DNA of 59,088 nucleotides from Phoronis australis (GCA_002633005.1 NMRA01000138.1:531970-591057), one strand, 5' to 3'; shown: positions 1 to 13,040, numbered from the stretch's first letter. Notes: generated by a model not told the origin, from the sequence alone. Made by a program: numbers and translations.

Positions 1-1011
1 TAGTCATAGAGCACACACGGGGCTTCAGCATCCACACACTTTTTGTCAATTAGTTGACCCTTTTGACCGCAATTGTCCACGAATATAGTAACCTTAGGTC
101 TTTTGGGAATTTGTGGCCACCTGTCGAAGACTTGCACCAGGGAAATTAGCAGTAATAAGGCTTAGCGCGACGACGTATTTTGATAACAATTCCATCTTTT
201 GCCAGTTGTTTACATGCAGGCAGCCATGCATGCGCAATTCAATCACCACTACTACAGCAGCGACACCGCGAGGTGAATTCTCCAAATAGCCCCATTGACG
301 TCAATTAGTGTGGGATGGTGAGTAATAATTTCTCGGGACAATTCCCCACCCATGTGATTAGTCCATAAGACCTGCATACGTGAGCACTCATTGTCATCAA
401 TTTCAGTTGTGATAAGTGTTAAAAAATCCATAAACTACTTTCAGCAATTTGGGAACTTCAGTTTGGTGCAGGCATCAGTTTGGCTCACCAACCTGCGCCA
501 AATTGAAGTGCATCATATCAGTTTGATGCAGGCATCAGTTTGAACTACAACATTCCTCTATGTGCAAAATGTACTCAGCAATGTGACATAGATGGTTCAA
601 TCAGTATTAGACATAATTGGCCAAAAATTTGTGGCGTACATATGGTGGGCCTATGGGATAACTACCGTCTCTACTGAGGCCAGTTGAGACGGTTATACTG
701 TCTACACTTTGCAGGTGGTCCTAAACGTCAGTGTTTGTGTGAAATGAAGGCTTGGTATTTAGTGCTGCCAGTACACAAACACGTGTGTCAGCAGACGAAT
801 CAACCACTGAATATTCAAACTGCTTCCTTATTGGTCAGCACCAGCATATGGGCTGGGACTGCCAACATTAGCAGTTTCCAAGACGAATGCCAATCGTCTT
901 TCGTTAGCAATAGGGGCGTACGCAGCAGAAGGCCAGCACAGTAGTGAGACAGGTTGAACACACTATCTCACTTCAAACATTATGTTGATAAACAACTGTG
1001 GATTTAAATCG

Positions 1012-1055
1012 GCTTGACATGTTTCGACATATCTTAAAACACCATCCTCAGAAGC
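1012..1055 (-). ncRNA. Minimal type-I hammerhead ribozyme motif (Penelope-like element remnant)
   Basis: Minus strand reads GCTT-CTGAGGA-TGGTGTTTTAAGATATGTC-GAAAC-AT-GTC-AAGC: CUGANGA and GAAA cores, stem I GCTT/AAGC, palindromic minimal stem III ACATGT, and a GUC cleavage triplet. Confidence 0.6.
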
Positions 1056-1285
1056 AAAAACAGTGGCCATCTTGCTTGGCCCAACAACCAGTAATGATAT
1101 ACAGACAGTCAGTGAGAGGGTAGTATAATAGTAGATTAGACTAACAATGACAGCCTGTGGTGTGCCAGTTGCCTATAGAGACTGGACTAGTATATCGAAT
1201 AGTATGTAATAAAGTAATAATGATCACTTGGTTTCCTGGTGTAGCACGATCTTAGGAAACTTTCACATGATACGCATGTCGATCA

Positions 1286-1392
1286 CTAGCTACCCTGTAA
1301 TTGGCTGCTGCCCATCTTCATTTAGGATTATTCATTTACTGTTATATTTTGATATTTATGAATGGTTCTAAATAAATCACAGGGTAGCTAGC
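1286..1392. repeat. Short inverted repeat / MITE remnant
   Basis: ctagctaccctgt ... acagggtagctag, 13-bp inverted arms about 80 bp apart. Confidence 0.45.
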
Positions 1393-2604
1393 ATGTCAGG
1401 TAGTGGCAAGATTGAGAACATTGCTAGACTTGGCAGAGTTTGTAAGACTGCTGGAAAGCAAGCAGTTTGTGTTCCTTTTGTTACGTACTTCAGTAAACTT
1501 CAGTATACACATATTGTATGAGAGGCTATTGACTATGACACTACCAAATCAAACTTGTACGCTGAAGATTTTCTGCAAATTATGCTTAACCCTGGCTAAA
1601 ATATCTAAGTTAGGTTGAACCCTTTGAGAGTGTATGAACACCTTTAGAGACAGTTAGAGTCTTTAAGTCCCTCCAACTTGAACACATTCTTTTGCAATCA
1701 ACATTTTTTTAAAATATTAATCTTTTGATCCGTCAACAAAATTGAAGACTGAAGGCCATTACTGTCAATATGCTCAAGGTCAAACGGGAATGTACAGAGG
1801 GTGAATGGTAGGTCACCTGTCAGCTAGTATGTGATCACTCTAGTTTCCTTCACAACATTCTCAGCTAAGGTGACCACTCACCACTGTCACACGAACTGCA
1901 CCATACTCTCCAAGTATACTGCTTTTTGTGAATTCCACATCAAAATGTCCTGCTTTTTCTCACATGCGACCCAATTTACATCTTATGTTATATGTTTTGC
2001 TTTTCCACACAATTTACCACTATTTCCAGTTTCAACGCTGTCAGAGAGTTTCTGGGTATGATGGCAGATTGCTCCTTGCAGTAGGGCCTTCATTTTGGAA
2101 TGTTGGCAGCTATGCTGTACAGGTCCTCAAAATGTAATATTCCTAAAAATGCACTCATATACTGCTAACTACTACAATTATAGGAACTAAGCAATTTTAT
2201 GTTTATCATCGGTTAACCACTGCCACTGCCAAAACCTGCCGTCAGTTGGTTGAAATTTGTCCACATATTTTGAGCATCATTCTGTATTTCCTTAACCAGG
2301 TGACATTAGTTTTAATTTTTGAGCCCAATTCAAGGTTTCAATTATCATGTAGCATGCAGAAACCCGGTGACTCGGTCAGTTGGATATTGTTCATACTAAT
2401 TTGCATATGACATGGGTCAAGGGCCACACATAGAAATGATATTTATATAAATGTGACTTTCTGTGGTGTTCTGAATCAGCAGTATTTGTATACTTTTTGA
2501 CTGGAGATCTTTGTGAAGGTCACATGAATGGAACAGGATGATTCTTTTATGATATGATTTAGCCTGTTTAATCCAGACTGAAGATGCATTGATAATCATC
2601 TAGG

Positions 2605-2884
2605 GCAGGAACATTGGTACGTGGTAGTCTGAGGTAGGGGTGAGATTGTTACAACCATCACAAGAGCAGGAACATTGGTACATGTTTGTCTGAGGTAGGG
2701 GTGAGATTGTTACAACCATCACAAGAGCAGGAACATTGGTACATGTTAGTCTGAGGTAGGGGTGAGATTGTTACAACCATCACAAGAGCAGGAACATTGG
2801 TACATGTTAGTCTGAGGTAGGGGTGAGATTGTTACAACCATCACAAGAGCAGGAACATTCTTGGTACATGTTAGTCTGAGGTAG
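2605..2884. repeat. 61-bp minisatellite, ~4.6 copies
   Basis: Unit gcaggaacattggtacatgttagtctgaggtaggggtgagattgttacaaccatcacaaga, near-identical copies. Confidence 0.95.
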
Positions 2885-2990
2885 AAGTTTAATCATTGTT
2901 CTTTATAACAAAACTAATAGATATTCTACAATCATAATGTCCTATCAGTTTGACCTTACAACAATATGGCATAATATTGTTTTTCAAATT

Positions 2991-3097
2991 TGGTGATAGT
3001 TCAAGGGTCCCTGATCTTGAGAACCAGTTTGATGCCCATTAGTCAGTGGACGGAGAGAACTGGTTCTCAAAGTGCGGAACCTCTGTGACTGTTACCT
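2991..3097. mobile_element. Small palindromic MITE
   Basis: ttgagaaccagtt ... aactggttctcaa core arms with degenerate outward extension. Confidence 0.5.
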
Positions 3098-3416
3098 AAA
3101 ATTCTAAGACACATTCATCCTGGCAATAATTACCATAAAGCTGATTACCACAGAATACATTTTCTGATCACGTTTTCTCCTTTGGCATCTGTAGACAGCT
3201 TATGATGTGATGGTCAATAAATTGGTTGGGGTACCCATTGTTAAAGAGTATTAGTTTGACAATATGCTGTTATTAAAAAATGGCCAAGTGGAGTATACAT
3301 TATAAGCTCTACCCAAATAACCAGATATTGCTTAAGTTATGGCATAGGAAGCATGTTGGTTTTTAATTTTTTCACTGGTAATGCCTTGACTTTAGATATG
3401 TTTTGTTTCATTTCAG

Positions 3417-6400
3417 GGACCATCCTAAGACTGTAAAACAACGGTTTCTAAGTGCGACAATTGTGTGTCTATTAGCGCCATTCATAGTCTGGGCCGGAGG
3501 AAAAGACAGCACAAGCTCAGATGTGAGGCCTAAATTTAATTGAACTATTATGATTTATCTTATTATTTCATGTTAACTTGTGTTTACATGAATTACTCAT
3601 TTAAATTGCTCAAAACTACCATTAACCTTGTTTTGACAAGTGACTACATTTTTAGTGTCATTAAATCTTCCTTTATAGCACTGCATATCGCAATCGTGGA
3701 TTCAGAATCCAAAAACGAGAAAAGTGATTTTAATTGAAAGTTTCTTAGCGCCACGGACATGGCTGTGACGTATGAATGTGCCGAGCACCAGCATGTCATG
3801 TCTACCAACACGCAATTTTCTTATACAAACTGGTGCTGTATCCACGCTTCTGGTGTCCTGTAGGAGAGTGAAGAGTCGCAGCGTGTTCAAATACTGCCTT
3901 GTCACAACATCCACAATGCCCCGCCGTTCCTTATTACACCATAAACCATGGGAAAACGAGCAGCAATATTTGACAACTTATCATTCTAAACACTATAGTG
4001 AATGATTAGTGCTGAGATTGGTTTTCCCAATTTTAGGTAGCATGTATCGATCAATAGATGCTTGTAACTCAAGATCAGCCAATTAATATCGTCAGTTAGT
4101 GTTTTTGTTTCTTGGTGTTTTTGATATGAAATTGGTGATTCTAATCGCCTTATCATGCAGTGTCCAGATCATCTTTAATTAAGAGACACTGAATATAATT
4201 AGTACCAATAACAGTGTAAAATAATGGTTGTAATAAAGGCAAGGTTGTGCCTCAATATTTTTGAAGGCAGTTTTAAGACAGTTAGTGCTCACTTAAAGAG
4301 GCATGGAACACGAAAATGCATGAAAATAACAAATCTACTTCTTGGGGATGCTAACACGAGAGTTATTTACTTTGAGTATTGCAGGTCTGGAATTTATTGA
4401 GAAAATGGTCAGATTCGCTATTCTTGAAACACATACGAATTATAAACTCTTCCATCCCAACACAGTTTTCAAATTCTCAGCAGCTGATGATATATGTGCA
4501 TTCATGCAGTCAAAGAAGTCAGGCTGACTGGCTGCTGCTTGAAACCGCCATTGTTTTGTTTATACCAAAGGTCAAAAGTCACATTTTCCATCTAAGGAAA
4601 ATATGCTCTGTCAATGTCTTGTCGTACTAAATAAGGAGATGTGCTTGGCTTTGTGGGAGAATATTCGACGAGGTGACGAGTAGCTGTTTTTCCTGTTCTA
4701 TGCCTCTTTAAATTTCATAGTTAACAATTGTTACTGTTGTATATGGTATTATACCACTATCTTAGAAAACAGTTCATTTGGTTTATTTTTTGCATTCGAA
4801 CCCTCGATAAATTGCTGTTCCGTAGTCCAAATGGTAATAAGGTGGACTAAGTACTGTCCATTGATAATTTATTCCAATTTGAAGTTTGTCACTTCAGCTT
4901 GACCTAATTTGTCATAAGTGAAACTTAAAGTGTCTTTTCATTGTTTTAGGCTCATGGTCTGATGGAGTGGCTTGGAGTTCGTTACACAGGCTTATTACAT
5001 AGTATTGTATGGCCATCTCTACTGACCATAGTATGTATACAGTAAGCTTGCTGGACCTGTGGTTTGCTCTTGAGATTCACCTTTAACTTTAATTGAAAAT
5101 TAAAAAGAAACTAACTTGAAATAATTTACTGAGAAATGCATTGAAACAATAGAACTTGCCAAGTTCACTAATAGATGGTCTACAAAGATTGACCTAATTT
5201 TGATGTGCAAGGTTGCACCACTTTCTCTTCCTCTTTCATATAAGAAATGTGTTAAGTTTTATGTGCAGCTATATATTAATGACCTTGTTCTAATGTATAC
5301 AGAATTTTTGCCTCTCTTTAACAAAATTAATTGAAATTAAGTAAGGAATTTTTTATGAATATTTTGAATAGGGGAAACAAAATGTATAAAAGGCACTTAA
5401 AGCTTCTGTTAACCTTCGTTTTGTCACAAAAAGCAGCTTATGATTTAGACCACTTATTGTTTTGAAATTGGTCTCGCATTGTTCCTTACTCAAAACAGAC
5501 TTGATTTCTAGGCTTGGAAAGAACTGACAATTTGTTTTTGCTTGAGGAGCGAGACCATACAAGTTGACTTGTAACAAAGTCGCATTCTATTTGCCGAACA
5601 TCATCTTGAGCAATAACAACCTGTAAAGTCCTGGGTTCCATTCCACATCATTAAAGAAAGTTGACGGAATGTTTTTTGTTCTTCCCGATACCACTCTTCA
5701 GTTGACACTATGTAGTAGTGGGTGTTAGATCTAGGTTTGAGTGAAATTAATGAAACACAGCTTAGTACTACTTAACTGGGGGAGAAAAAATTATGGGAGC
5801 CCACAAGTGCTGAAATGTTGATGCCTGTTGTAAAATATTACGTTTTGATTATCACTATAACTTCAGTATGTAAAATGCATCTTTCTCATTCATAAGTGAG
5901 GACATTTAGTTCAGAAAAGAATTTCACCAGGCTCTTAGTTTTAAGCAGAAATACATGTGGTTACCAAATATCAATGTTTAAAAGGGCAGTAGAGTTATTT
6001 TGATTGTCTTAGCTGTTAACTCCTGACATTTGTTTTTAATTCCATTTAGTTTCCAAACTCCATACATTGTATTGTTCTCTTTTGTTTTAGATTTTATTTC
6101 TGGGTCCCCTGACTTTACACTATATTGATGGCGTCTTTAGTTTGTATGCAGGTAAGTGACTTGACTTACAATATCTTTTGTTCTTGTTCTGAAATGATTT
6201 TTTATTTTTTTAGTTACAAAGTATGGGCCTCCATTTTAGAACGCCAGTCTGCAAAAAACCGTCGCGTGGCTTTATAATGAAAGTCCAGCTGGATTTATGT
6301 ATAGTGTTAGTGTGGAAAATTACTGTATGACTTTATGCTGAAAGTCTTGCTGGATTTATGTGGTGACAGTATGGAAAACTGTTGCGTACCTTTATAATGA

Positions 6401-9400
6401 AAGTCTTTCTGGATCTTTGCATTGTGTTAATGTGGAATCTTCACATTGATATTTCAAATCGTTGAGTCTGAGTGGATCAGCAATTGTTTGTCACTTTGTT
6501 TGATTTTTGATTGGTGTTTTATTGTAGATCCAATGTACTGGAAGCGGAACTTTAAAAACATCATTTGGATCAGAAATCATATTGTAGTAAGTATTTCCAT
6601 GTTATTGGTGGTTTTCAGTAGAAGTGCCTTTGACCTCTGTTTCAACTCCCATAAGACCACACAAATATTTAACCTGTCTGCTTGCTTTGAGCTTTTGTGC
6701 TTGTGGATGTTTTTGTGGTAGTCCCTATGATAGGTTTCAGTCTGAAATTTAGAACTAAAAAGTACCCAGTTGAAAATGGCAGACATTTTTATGCACCAAC
6801 ATATTTATATTTGGACGCATTATACCGTCATCTCCGTCTGTCCCACGTCCGCTCCTCTATTTCCAAAACCACTCGACTTATGTTCATGAAATTTGGCACG
6901 TGTGTTGCTTTCATGGATGGGAAGGCATGAGTGAACTTTCGGACGGATCCGTGTACCGGTGTGCCTCCTAGTGGTAATTTTAGTTTTTTACGTTTACCTC
7001 TGTATCTTCAAAGGTCCTCCACATATTTTCATAAAATTTGGCATATGGGCATCTATTGGTAAGATGACGCTATCCTCGCGTTTTCAGATGGATTCAACGT
7101 AGTTTGCGCCACCTAGTGGTCATTTCTACTGTTTTCGAGTCCGTTTTTGGGCATCCACCCCTCTATCAACCAAACCACTCTAAGGATGATTGTGAAAATT
7201 GGAATGTATGTTCTTACTATGAAGAGGACGGCTGACGATTTTCTATTCACTTTGACTACTGTGACGCCTCCTAGTGGCAGTTTTGTTTTTTTGCACCTAT
7301 GGCTGTATCTCCTAAACCGTTTGCAGGATCTTTACTAAATTTGTAAAGTTTATTTATATGATATTGATAACGGACGACGACGACTTTCAAGCAGATATGA
7401 CTATCGGTGTGCCCTCTAGTGGCGATTTTAGTTTTTTACGTTTACCTCTGTATCTTCAAAGATCTTTAACGGATTTTCATACAATTTTGAATATAGGCGT
7501 CTATTGGTGAGATGATGCTATCCTCCTGTTTGCAGATGGAATCAAGGTATTTTGTGCCACCTAGTGGCCATTTTTCTGTTTTTGAGTCTGTTTTTTTAGC
7601 ATCCACTCCTCCATCAACTAAATCATTCTAAGGATGGTTTTGAAAATTGGCGTATATGTTCTCAGTGTTAAGAGGACAGTTGACGATGACGACTTTGACT
7701 ACTGTGACGTCTCGTATTGGTAGCGTTGTTTTGTTTTGTTTTGCGCCCATAGCTGTATCTCCTAAAGTCACTACAGAATCTTTATTAAATTTAGTAAGTG
7801 TATTTATATGATGCTAACAACAGACAACAAAGACTTTCAGGTGGATCCAACGAGTGCTGTGCCCCCTAGTGGCAATTTCATTTTATTGCATTTTCCTTTG
7901 TTTCTCTGAAGTTCATTGACAGATTTTTCTGGAATTTGAGTGTCTGAATACCTTTCTATTAAAGAAGCCATGACATGCTCGCATTTTCGAATGGATTGGA
8001 TGTTTTCACTCCATCTAGTGGCCACTTTATGATACAAATAAACGACCGTTAAAGCACACCATTTGCGTTGCATTCGTGGGCGCATTTCAACGCTCTGCGT
8101 TGCTCTTGTTTAGGACCTTTTGACTTGTTTCTAGGCTCCACTTACTGAAGAGTTCATCTACAGAGCCTGCATGCTGCCCCTCCTGGTGGCCAGCTTTGGA
8201 CCTACTTATTCAGTGTTTGTCTGCCCCCTTTTCTTTGGAGTTGGTAAGTCTGTGGGTTTGCTGCTCTAAGTAGGTTATTTTTAACCTTTTTCCAGCTTTG
8301 TTAATTTTGTATGTTATCCAGTTGCTTTGAGTTGCATTAATTTTCTGGGCTTCAGGTCATCAAGTATTTGTCATCTCTGCCTAGTAACACTTGGAGTCAA
8401 TGTTATTGGTAGCATGTCGCTCTGTTATTCACTTTTCTCAAAGCTCTGTGTAACATGTGGACAAGCTTTCCAGAGGTCTTGGACTAGGCAATTGTTCTCT
8501 AAATCTGAGGCTGTTTTGGACAGTGGAAAAAGTTACATCAATTGAAGGCGACTAGAATACCCATGAGATAACGTGCATACTGTGCACAACATGTCGAAGT
8601 ACTTGTGCATAGGTAGTCGGTAAACCAACCCTTTTTAAGGGTTGGTTTACCGACTACCTCTACACAAGGGTCGTCTGCACAGTGAAAGTGTAGAATCAAG
8701 TGCCATACGCATCACACTCAAATTGCATAACAAACATTAACCTGCACGCGTCGAAATTGTGATCGCGTGATCACATTTATCTTAAGAAATAATACAGTGA
8801 ATATAACTGCATGGAAATCGAACTCTTTGAAAGAAGATATTCACTCAAAGATTTGACTTTTTACTTTCCGGTTGTCACTCTGCCATTTGCATTTTTTAAC
8901 CTACCTGTGAACTCATGGACTAAAACATTCACTGGGCTCATTGGCTGGCATTTGGGTCACTATGTGACGTCATTGGATAAAAAACTAAGGGTAGAAGATG
9001 TCAGACGATTTCATTTAGTTGTTGTTAGAGGAAGATAAAAAGAGGCGAAATATCTTCGGTGAGACAGTTTGCGTCTTTTTTTAAATGTCAAGGGAATTTG
9101 ATTTGGTTAGTACTGACACACTGAAAAATTTTTCCTCCCATTCTTTTGGTTTATATCCATTTCACCAAGTGGTGAAAAGCCCTCCAGTGGACCTTCAGCT
9201 CTGTTTAAGAGCTGTGTATTGGCTAGTGCAGAAGATGTTATTTAGATTTCGTGAACATTCCAACGTGTGGATAATTGTTGTCACATTGTGGGGTCTGCCA
9301 TTCATGCAACATCTGTCAGTCACTTGTGAACCCTCATATGCTTCAGACACAAATGAAACGTCTGCTCACCAACACTGTCACTATGTTACAATTTTTAGTT

Positions 9401-12148
9401 GTTCGGAATGTGGACTGTTGAGCTTTTGTTAATTTCGGCTTCTCCACAGGGCACTCTGTACCATCGAAAAATAACTAGTTGAAGGGTAGTCAGAGTTAAA
9501 GCTAAATAGAGAAAATTGGACACTTTCACATGGGGTCCAAGTACAAATTTTGTGCGACTAAAGTGTCAGACTTATCCATGTGCAACAGATATTGCACACG
9601 TCAGCTTCAGATGCACTGAATGGAGTGCTCAGTTCATAATTATCCATGTGTTGCCTTCGTTTTATCATAAAAAAGTTGTTGAAACACTGGAATGTCATGA
9701 ATTGCACCACACATGTAACACAAGCCCCAGGGTTCAAAGACTAATTAGAACTGCATATTAAGCCTTAAGACCTGTATACTAGTGCACACCTTAGTCGTCA
9801 TTGATGAACAGTGTAGAGGAGAGCGGTGGGGGTTCATTGGTTGTGATCTTTTTCTCTGCAGTGAAGCGCACTCCATTTTGAATGCTCTGCATAGTTTGGT
9901 AACCCTATGTTTTTGTCTAATTCCCATCTCAGCTCATGCCCACCACATGTTTGACAAAATTACCAAGGACCAAATAGAGATGAAGACAGCTTTGCTACAG
10001 ACAGGTTAGTTGTGTGTGGGATGCAATCTTAGGTACTGTATGGTCTTCCATACATTTAGTAATAGGTAAATGATAACAACGTAGTCGTGCATACAGCACT
10101 TGCGTCTAGTCTGGCAATTTCTCTACTGCAAGATGAACCCTCAGGAACAAAATGATCAGTTGTAAGTGACTTTATAAAAGTTAAACCGGTACAACTGAAC
10201 AGGGCTGTGACAACTATTTTATTTATGCTGTACAAGTTGTCTCCAATCAACTTGTGCAAGTGCCGCATAATACAGTAAAATGTCACCAAATGTCAGTGAA
10301 AAGTAATTACCAGAATTGCCCCTTTTCATTTTTCAAGCGGTCCATTGTTGTGAATGGACGCATTTTTATCAAAATATCTAATGGTAGCTTGAATACAGAA
10401 AAGTACTAAACGGGGGGCGACATTCACGAGTCGGCCATATTGTTTCCTAAATTCCTTAAGATTTTACTGTACTAAGCAGGTTATAAGCTTTGCTGTGGTT
10501 GAGGAGGTCATGATGACATTGCTATAATCAGAGAACATGATCCTTTTTAGGGCAATACTTTGTCATAGATTAGTGTTCGTTGTACGTTGTAATACTGCTT
10601 CAGTCAGCTTTACATTTAATAGAATGCAATGTTGTATTGTGTCAATGATTAGTTGACTGTACTGTTTTTGTAGCATTCCAGTTCCTTTACACGACATTGT
10701 TTGGAATGTACTCAGCATTCCTCTTCCTGCGGACAGGTAAGTATGCTGGACATTACATTCTGTGCTGTACTATCTACATGTGTGCTGTACTATCTACATG
10801 TGTGCTGTACTATCTACATGTGTGCTGTACTATCTACATGTGTGCTGTACTATCTACATGTGTGCTGTACTATCTACATGTGTGCTGTACTATCTACATG
10901 TGTGCTGTACTGTCTACATGTGTGCTGTACTATTCACATGGTTGTAGGAGTGTCACTATCATCTAGATTATTTGGAAGAATCGAGTCTCTTTTAATTCTA
11001 GTTCCATTCGGAGGCTACTGACAAATGAACAGTTTGATTTGCCTGCTATGTTCTAGAATAAAAATCCTGTTCTATTTGTCCAGCAAAGAGTTTCAATTCC
11101 CTTCTGTAAAACTGTTGTTTATTTAAGAAGAATAGATTCCTTGGAATATGATTGTGTCATCAGCAAAAGATGGAAGAATATCATTATTGAACAGGTTTAT
11201 TTGTTCAGTGCTATGAGCTCGTCATTAATTTTGAAGAGTTTTAATGAATAAAAATGACATAACTTGGCAGTAATGTTAAATTTGATATCTGCTACTGTCG
11301 CCATTTTACTTTAAAGGAGATGGCAATGGTTTTGATGTTACCTTAAAGATCGTTAGTTTTCTTGTACTGACAGTGTTAATTACTGTTCGCTTGGTGTGTA
11401 TGTGCTATTTGTGGAACAAAAGAAAGTCAGTCAGAAACATCCCAGTAAAAGGCCCACATGTTGGTTCTGTAATTCACTTTTAGGTAGCAAACACAAATGA
11501 CTGAAACAGACTGTGATCAAGAGCACATAGTGTTTGCTGATTGGAAGTGAATGCAGGATGAAGATGTGGGCCTTTTGTTGGGTTGTTCACATCTTTTTCT
11601 ATTGTTCCGTGTTTGACTGGTAAATACACGTCCGGGAAATAGCAACTAATCCAGGAAAAAAGTTCTGTGACATTACCAGGGAAAGGTATTCTTACTAAAC
11701 ATAATGCAAAAATGGTTGTTTTGCCTTTTTGAAAAGGATTTAAAAACTCTTCCGGTTTGTTCGACTTGATTCTCCTCAACATTATTCTGTATTATATGGC
11801 CTCGTAAGTGATAAACACCATTCTGAGAGATAAAATAGCCAATTATACTTGTGATCAGGCTGATTGAAAATTCCACTCTTGACAGTTGCTTGTAAAGTGT
11901 CTTACTTCCTTGTTCTGCATTAGTTTTTCTCATTCTTTCCAGGCCACCTGATGGCGCCAGTAGTTGTACACGCGTTCTGCAATCACATGGGATTCCCAGA
12001 CTTCAATGAGGTCTTTGCTCATGATAAAGCAGCAGTTCGCCTCATTATACTCCTCTCTTTCCTCGGTGGACTGGCCTTGTGGATGTTTTTGCTCTTTCCA
12101 CTGACTGAGCCTTGGTACTATGGCAACAACATATATAATCTTGTGTGA
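3417..12148 (+). CDS. RCE1: CAAX prenyl protease 2 (Rce1); 5'-partial, first exon(s) not found in window
   Basis: GT-AG exons with consistent phases: 3417-3522 ([13 protein letters not shown]), 4950-5030, 6091-6151 (ILFLGPL), 6528-6586 (WIRNHIV), 8135-8243 ([15 protein letters not shown]...CPLFFGV), 9933-10004 (AHAHH), 10674-10736 ([20 protein letters not shown]), 11943-12148 ([19 protein letters not shown]...stop). The Rce1 catalytic motifs EExxxR, FxxxH and HxxxN are all present. Confidence 0.96.
4297..4707. mobile_element. Non-autonomous DNA transposon, Kolobok-like
   Basis: TIRs agaggcatggaaca / tgttctatgcctct (1 mismatch), TTAA on both sides (4293-4296, 4708-4711), RR..YY termini. Confidence 0.75.
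6270..6430. repeat. Diverged ~59-bp tandem repeat, ~3 copies
   Basis: Recurring tttataatgaaagtc...ctggatttatg...gtggaaa motif. Confidence 0.6.
6786..8110 (+). mobile_element. Helentron/DINE-like non-autonomous element with internal ~450-bp (3 x ~150-bp) tandem units
   Basis: Starts ttttatgcacc...ggacgcat (subterminal hairpin), then a ccgt/ctgt microsatellite-like tract, units repeating at ~6958/7406/7855, and a 3' end gcatttcaacgctctgcgttgctcttgtt. Homologous to 23340-24370 and 38663-40290. Confidence 0.75.
8602..8668. repeat. Perfect hairpin / mini-MITE
   Basis: 23-bp perfect arms aggtagtcggtaaaccaaccctt (8611-8633) / aagggttggtttaccgactacct (8637-8659), 3-nt loop, imperfect extension cttgtg/cacaag. 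Confidence 0.85.
10761..10932. repeat. 20-bp minisatellite, ~8.6 copies
   Basis: Unit tgtgctgtactatctacatg, starting 25 nt after the RCE1 donor at 10736. Confidence 0.97.
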
Positions 12149-12904
12149 GGAATTGTAGGAATTGTAGGAACCTAACTTGGCTTGGAAAACTGAAAGAGTG
12201 AAATCTTTGCTAACAGATATCAGTATATTATACTTTGTTATGATCTTATGTTTTGATAGGTTCTTGTGACATTTGCAAATTTGAAACTTTGCTGTAAAGT
12301 TTATTCTCATTGCAAGTTTGATAATGGTGTCTCCAGTCATAGAGAATCTTTGGCAGCCAAAACTTTGAATAACAACAGTCAGTTTGAAGGATATCTAGTT
12401 AGTTCTGGTTTATGTCGTTCCATTTGAAAACCTCTGAAGAGTCATGTGCCAAGTTATAGTGAAAAAACAATTAAAGATGGTTCCTCTATTGGACTTGGAA
12501 GTGAAATACATTCCACCCTAAGGCTTCAAAATTGACAGTTAATGGCATTCTACTCTCAATTTGACACTTTGCACGCTGTCTGAACCAATCATGCGATCTG
12601 AGTTCTTCAGTGAGTATTGGCAGGCAAGGAATGGTTTCTACTGTCTTCCACTAAAATTATTTTGTGTATTCAATTTTCAGAACTTTGTTCATGACGCTTA
12701 CACTTGCTACAGTTTTGTGCCAAACAGAAGACTGTTTGTTTATATTTCATGTATCTTACTCATGGTTACTTTATTTACGCATATTTATGCCCATGTGCTT
12801 ATATCTGAAACAATGCATTTTCCAGTGTCTATGCCCTGGAAGTGGGCATGTCTTAAACTAGGTGTTATTTGTGTTTTTTGTCCATTACAGTAAGTGTTAC
12901 AATT

Positions 12905-13040
12905 GAGGAGGCAGTGTGGCCTAGTGTGATAGGTGCCCGCTTTCTTTACCCGAGGTCGTGGCTTCCAGTCCCACTTGGCCACACTGCTAGACCCTTGAGT
13001 CAAGTTTCTAGCTCCTCAGCTCGGGTTTAACTATAAATAA
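12905..13040 (+). mobile_element. tRNA-derived SINE (degenerate)
   Basis: A-box-like tggcctagtg, B-box-like ggcttccagtccc, followed by a CORE-like cccttgagtcaag and an A-rich tail. Lies in the putative RCE1 3' UTR. Confidence 0.55.

Noticed and set aside
2288-2310. U12-like branch sequence TTCCTTAAC on the plus strand
   Set aside because: No matching U12 donor and no RCE1-like coding exon follows.
2605-2884. CRISPR-like regular repeats (also 28028-28217)
   Set aside because: Units are contiguous with no unique spacers, there are no cas genes, and the context is a eukaryotic intron.
1-3416. RCE1 first coding exon (expected YVGSLY-like motif)
   Set aside because: Not found by eye; it probably lies upstream of the window.
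9933-9950. RCE1 HAHH instead of human HFHH
   Set aside because: The catalytic His is retained, and I recall the same HAHH in yeast Rce1, so this is ordinary variation.
10697-11021. Cys-rich repetitive ORFs ([20 protein letters not shown])n
   Set aside because: Translation of an intronic 20-bp minisatellite; only 10674-10736 is a real exon.
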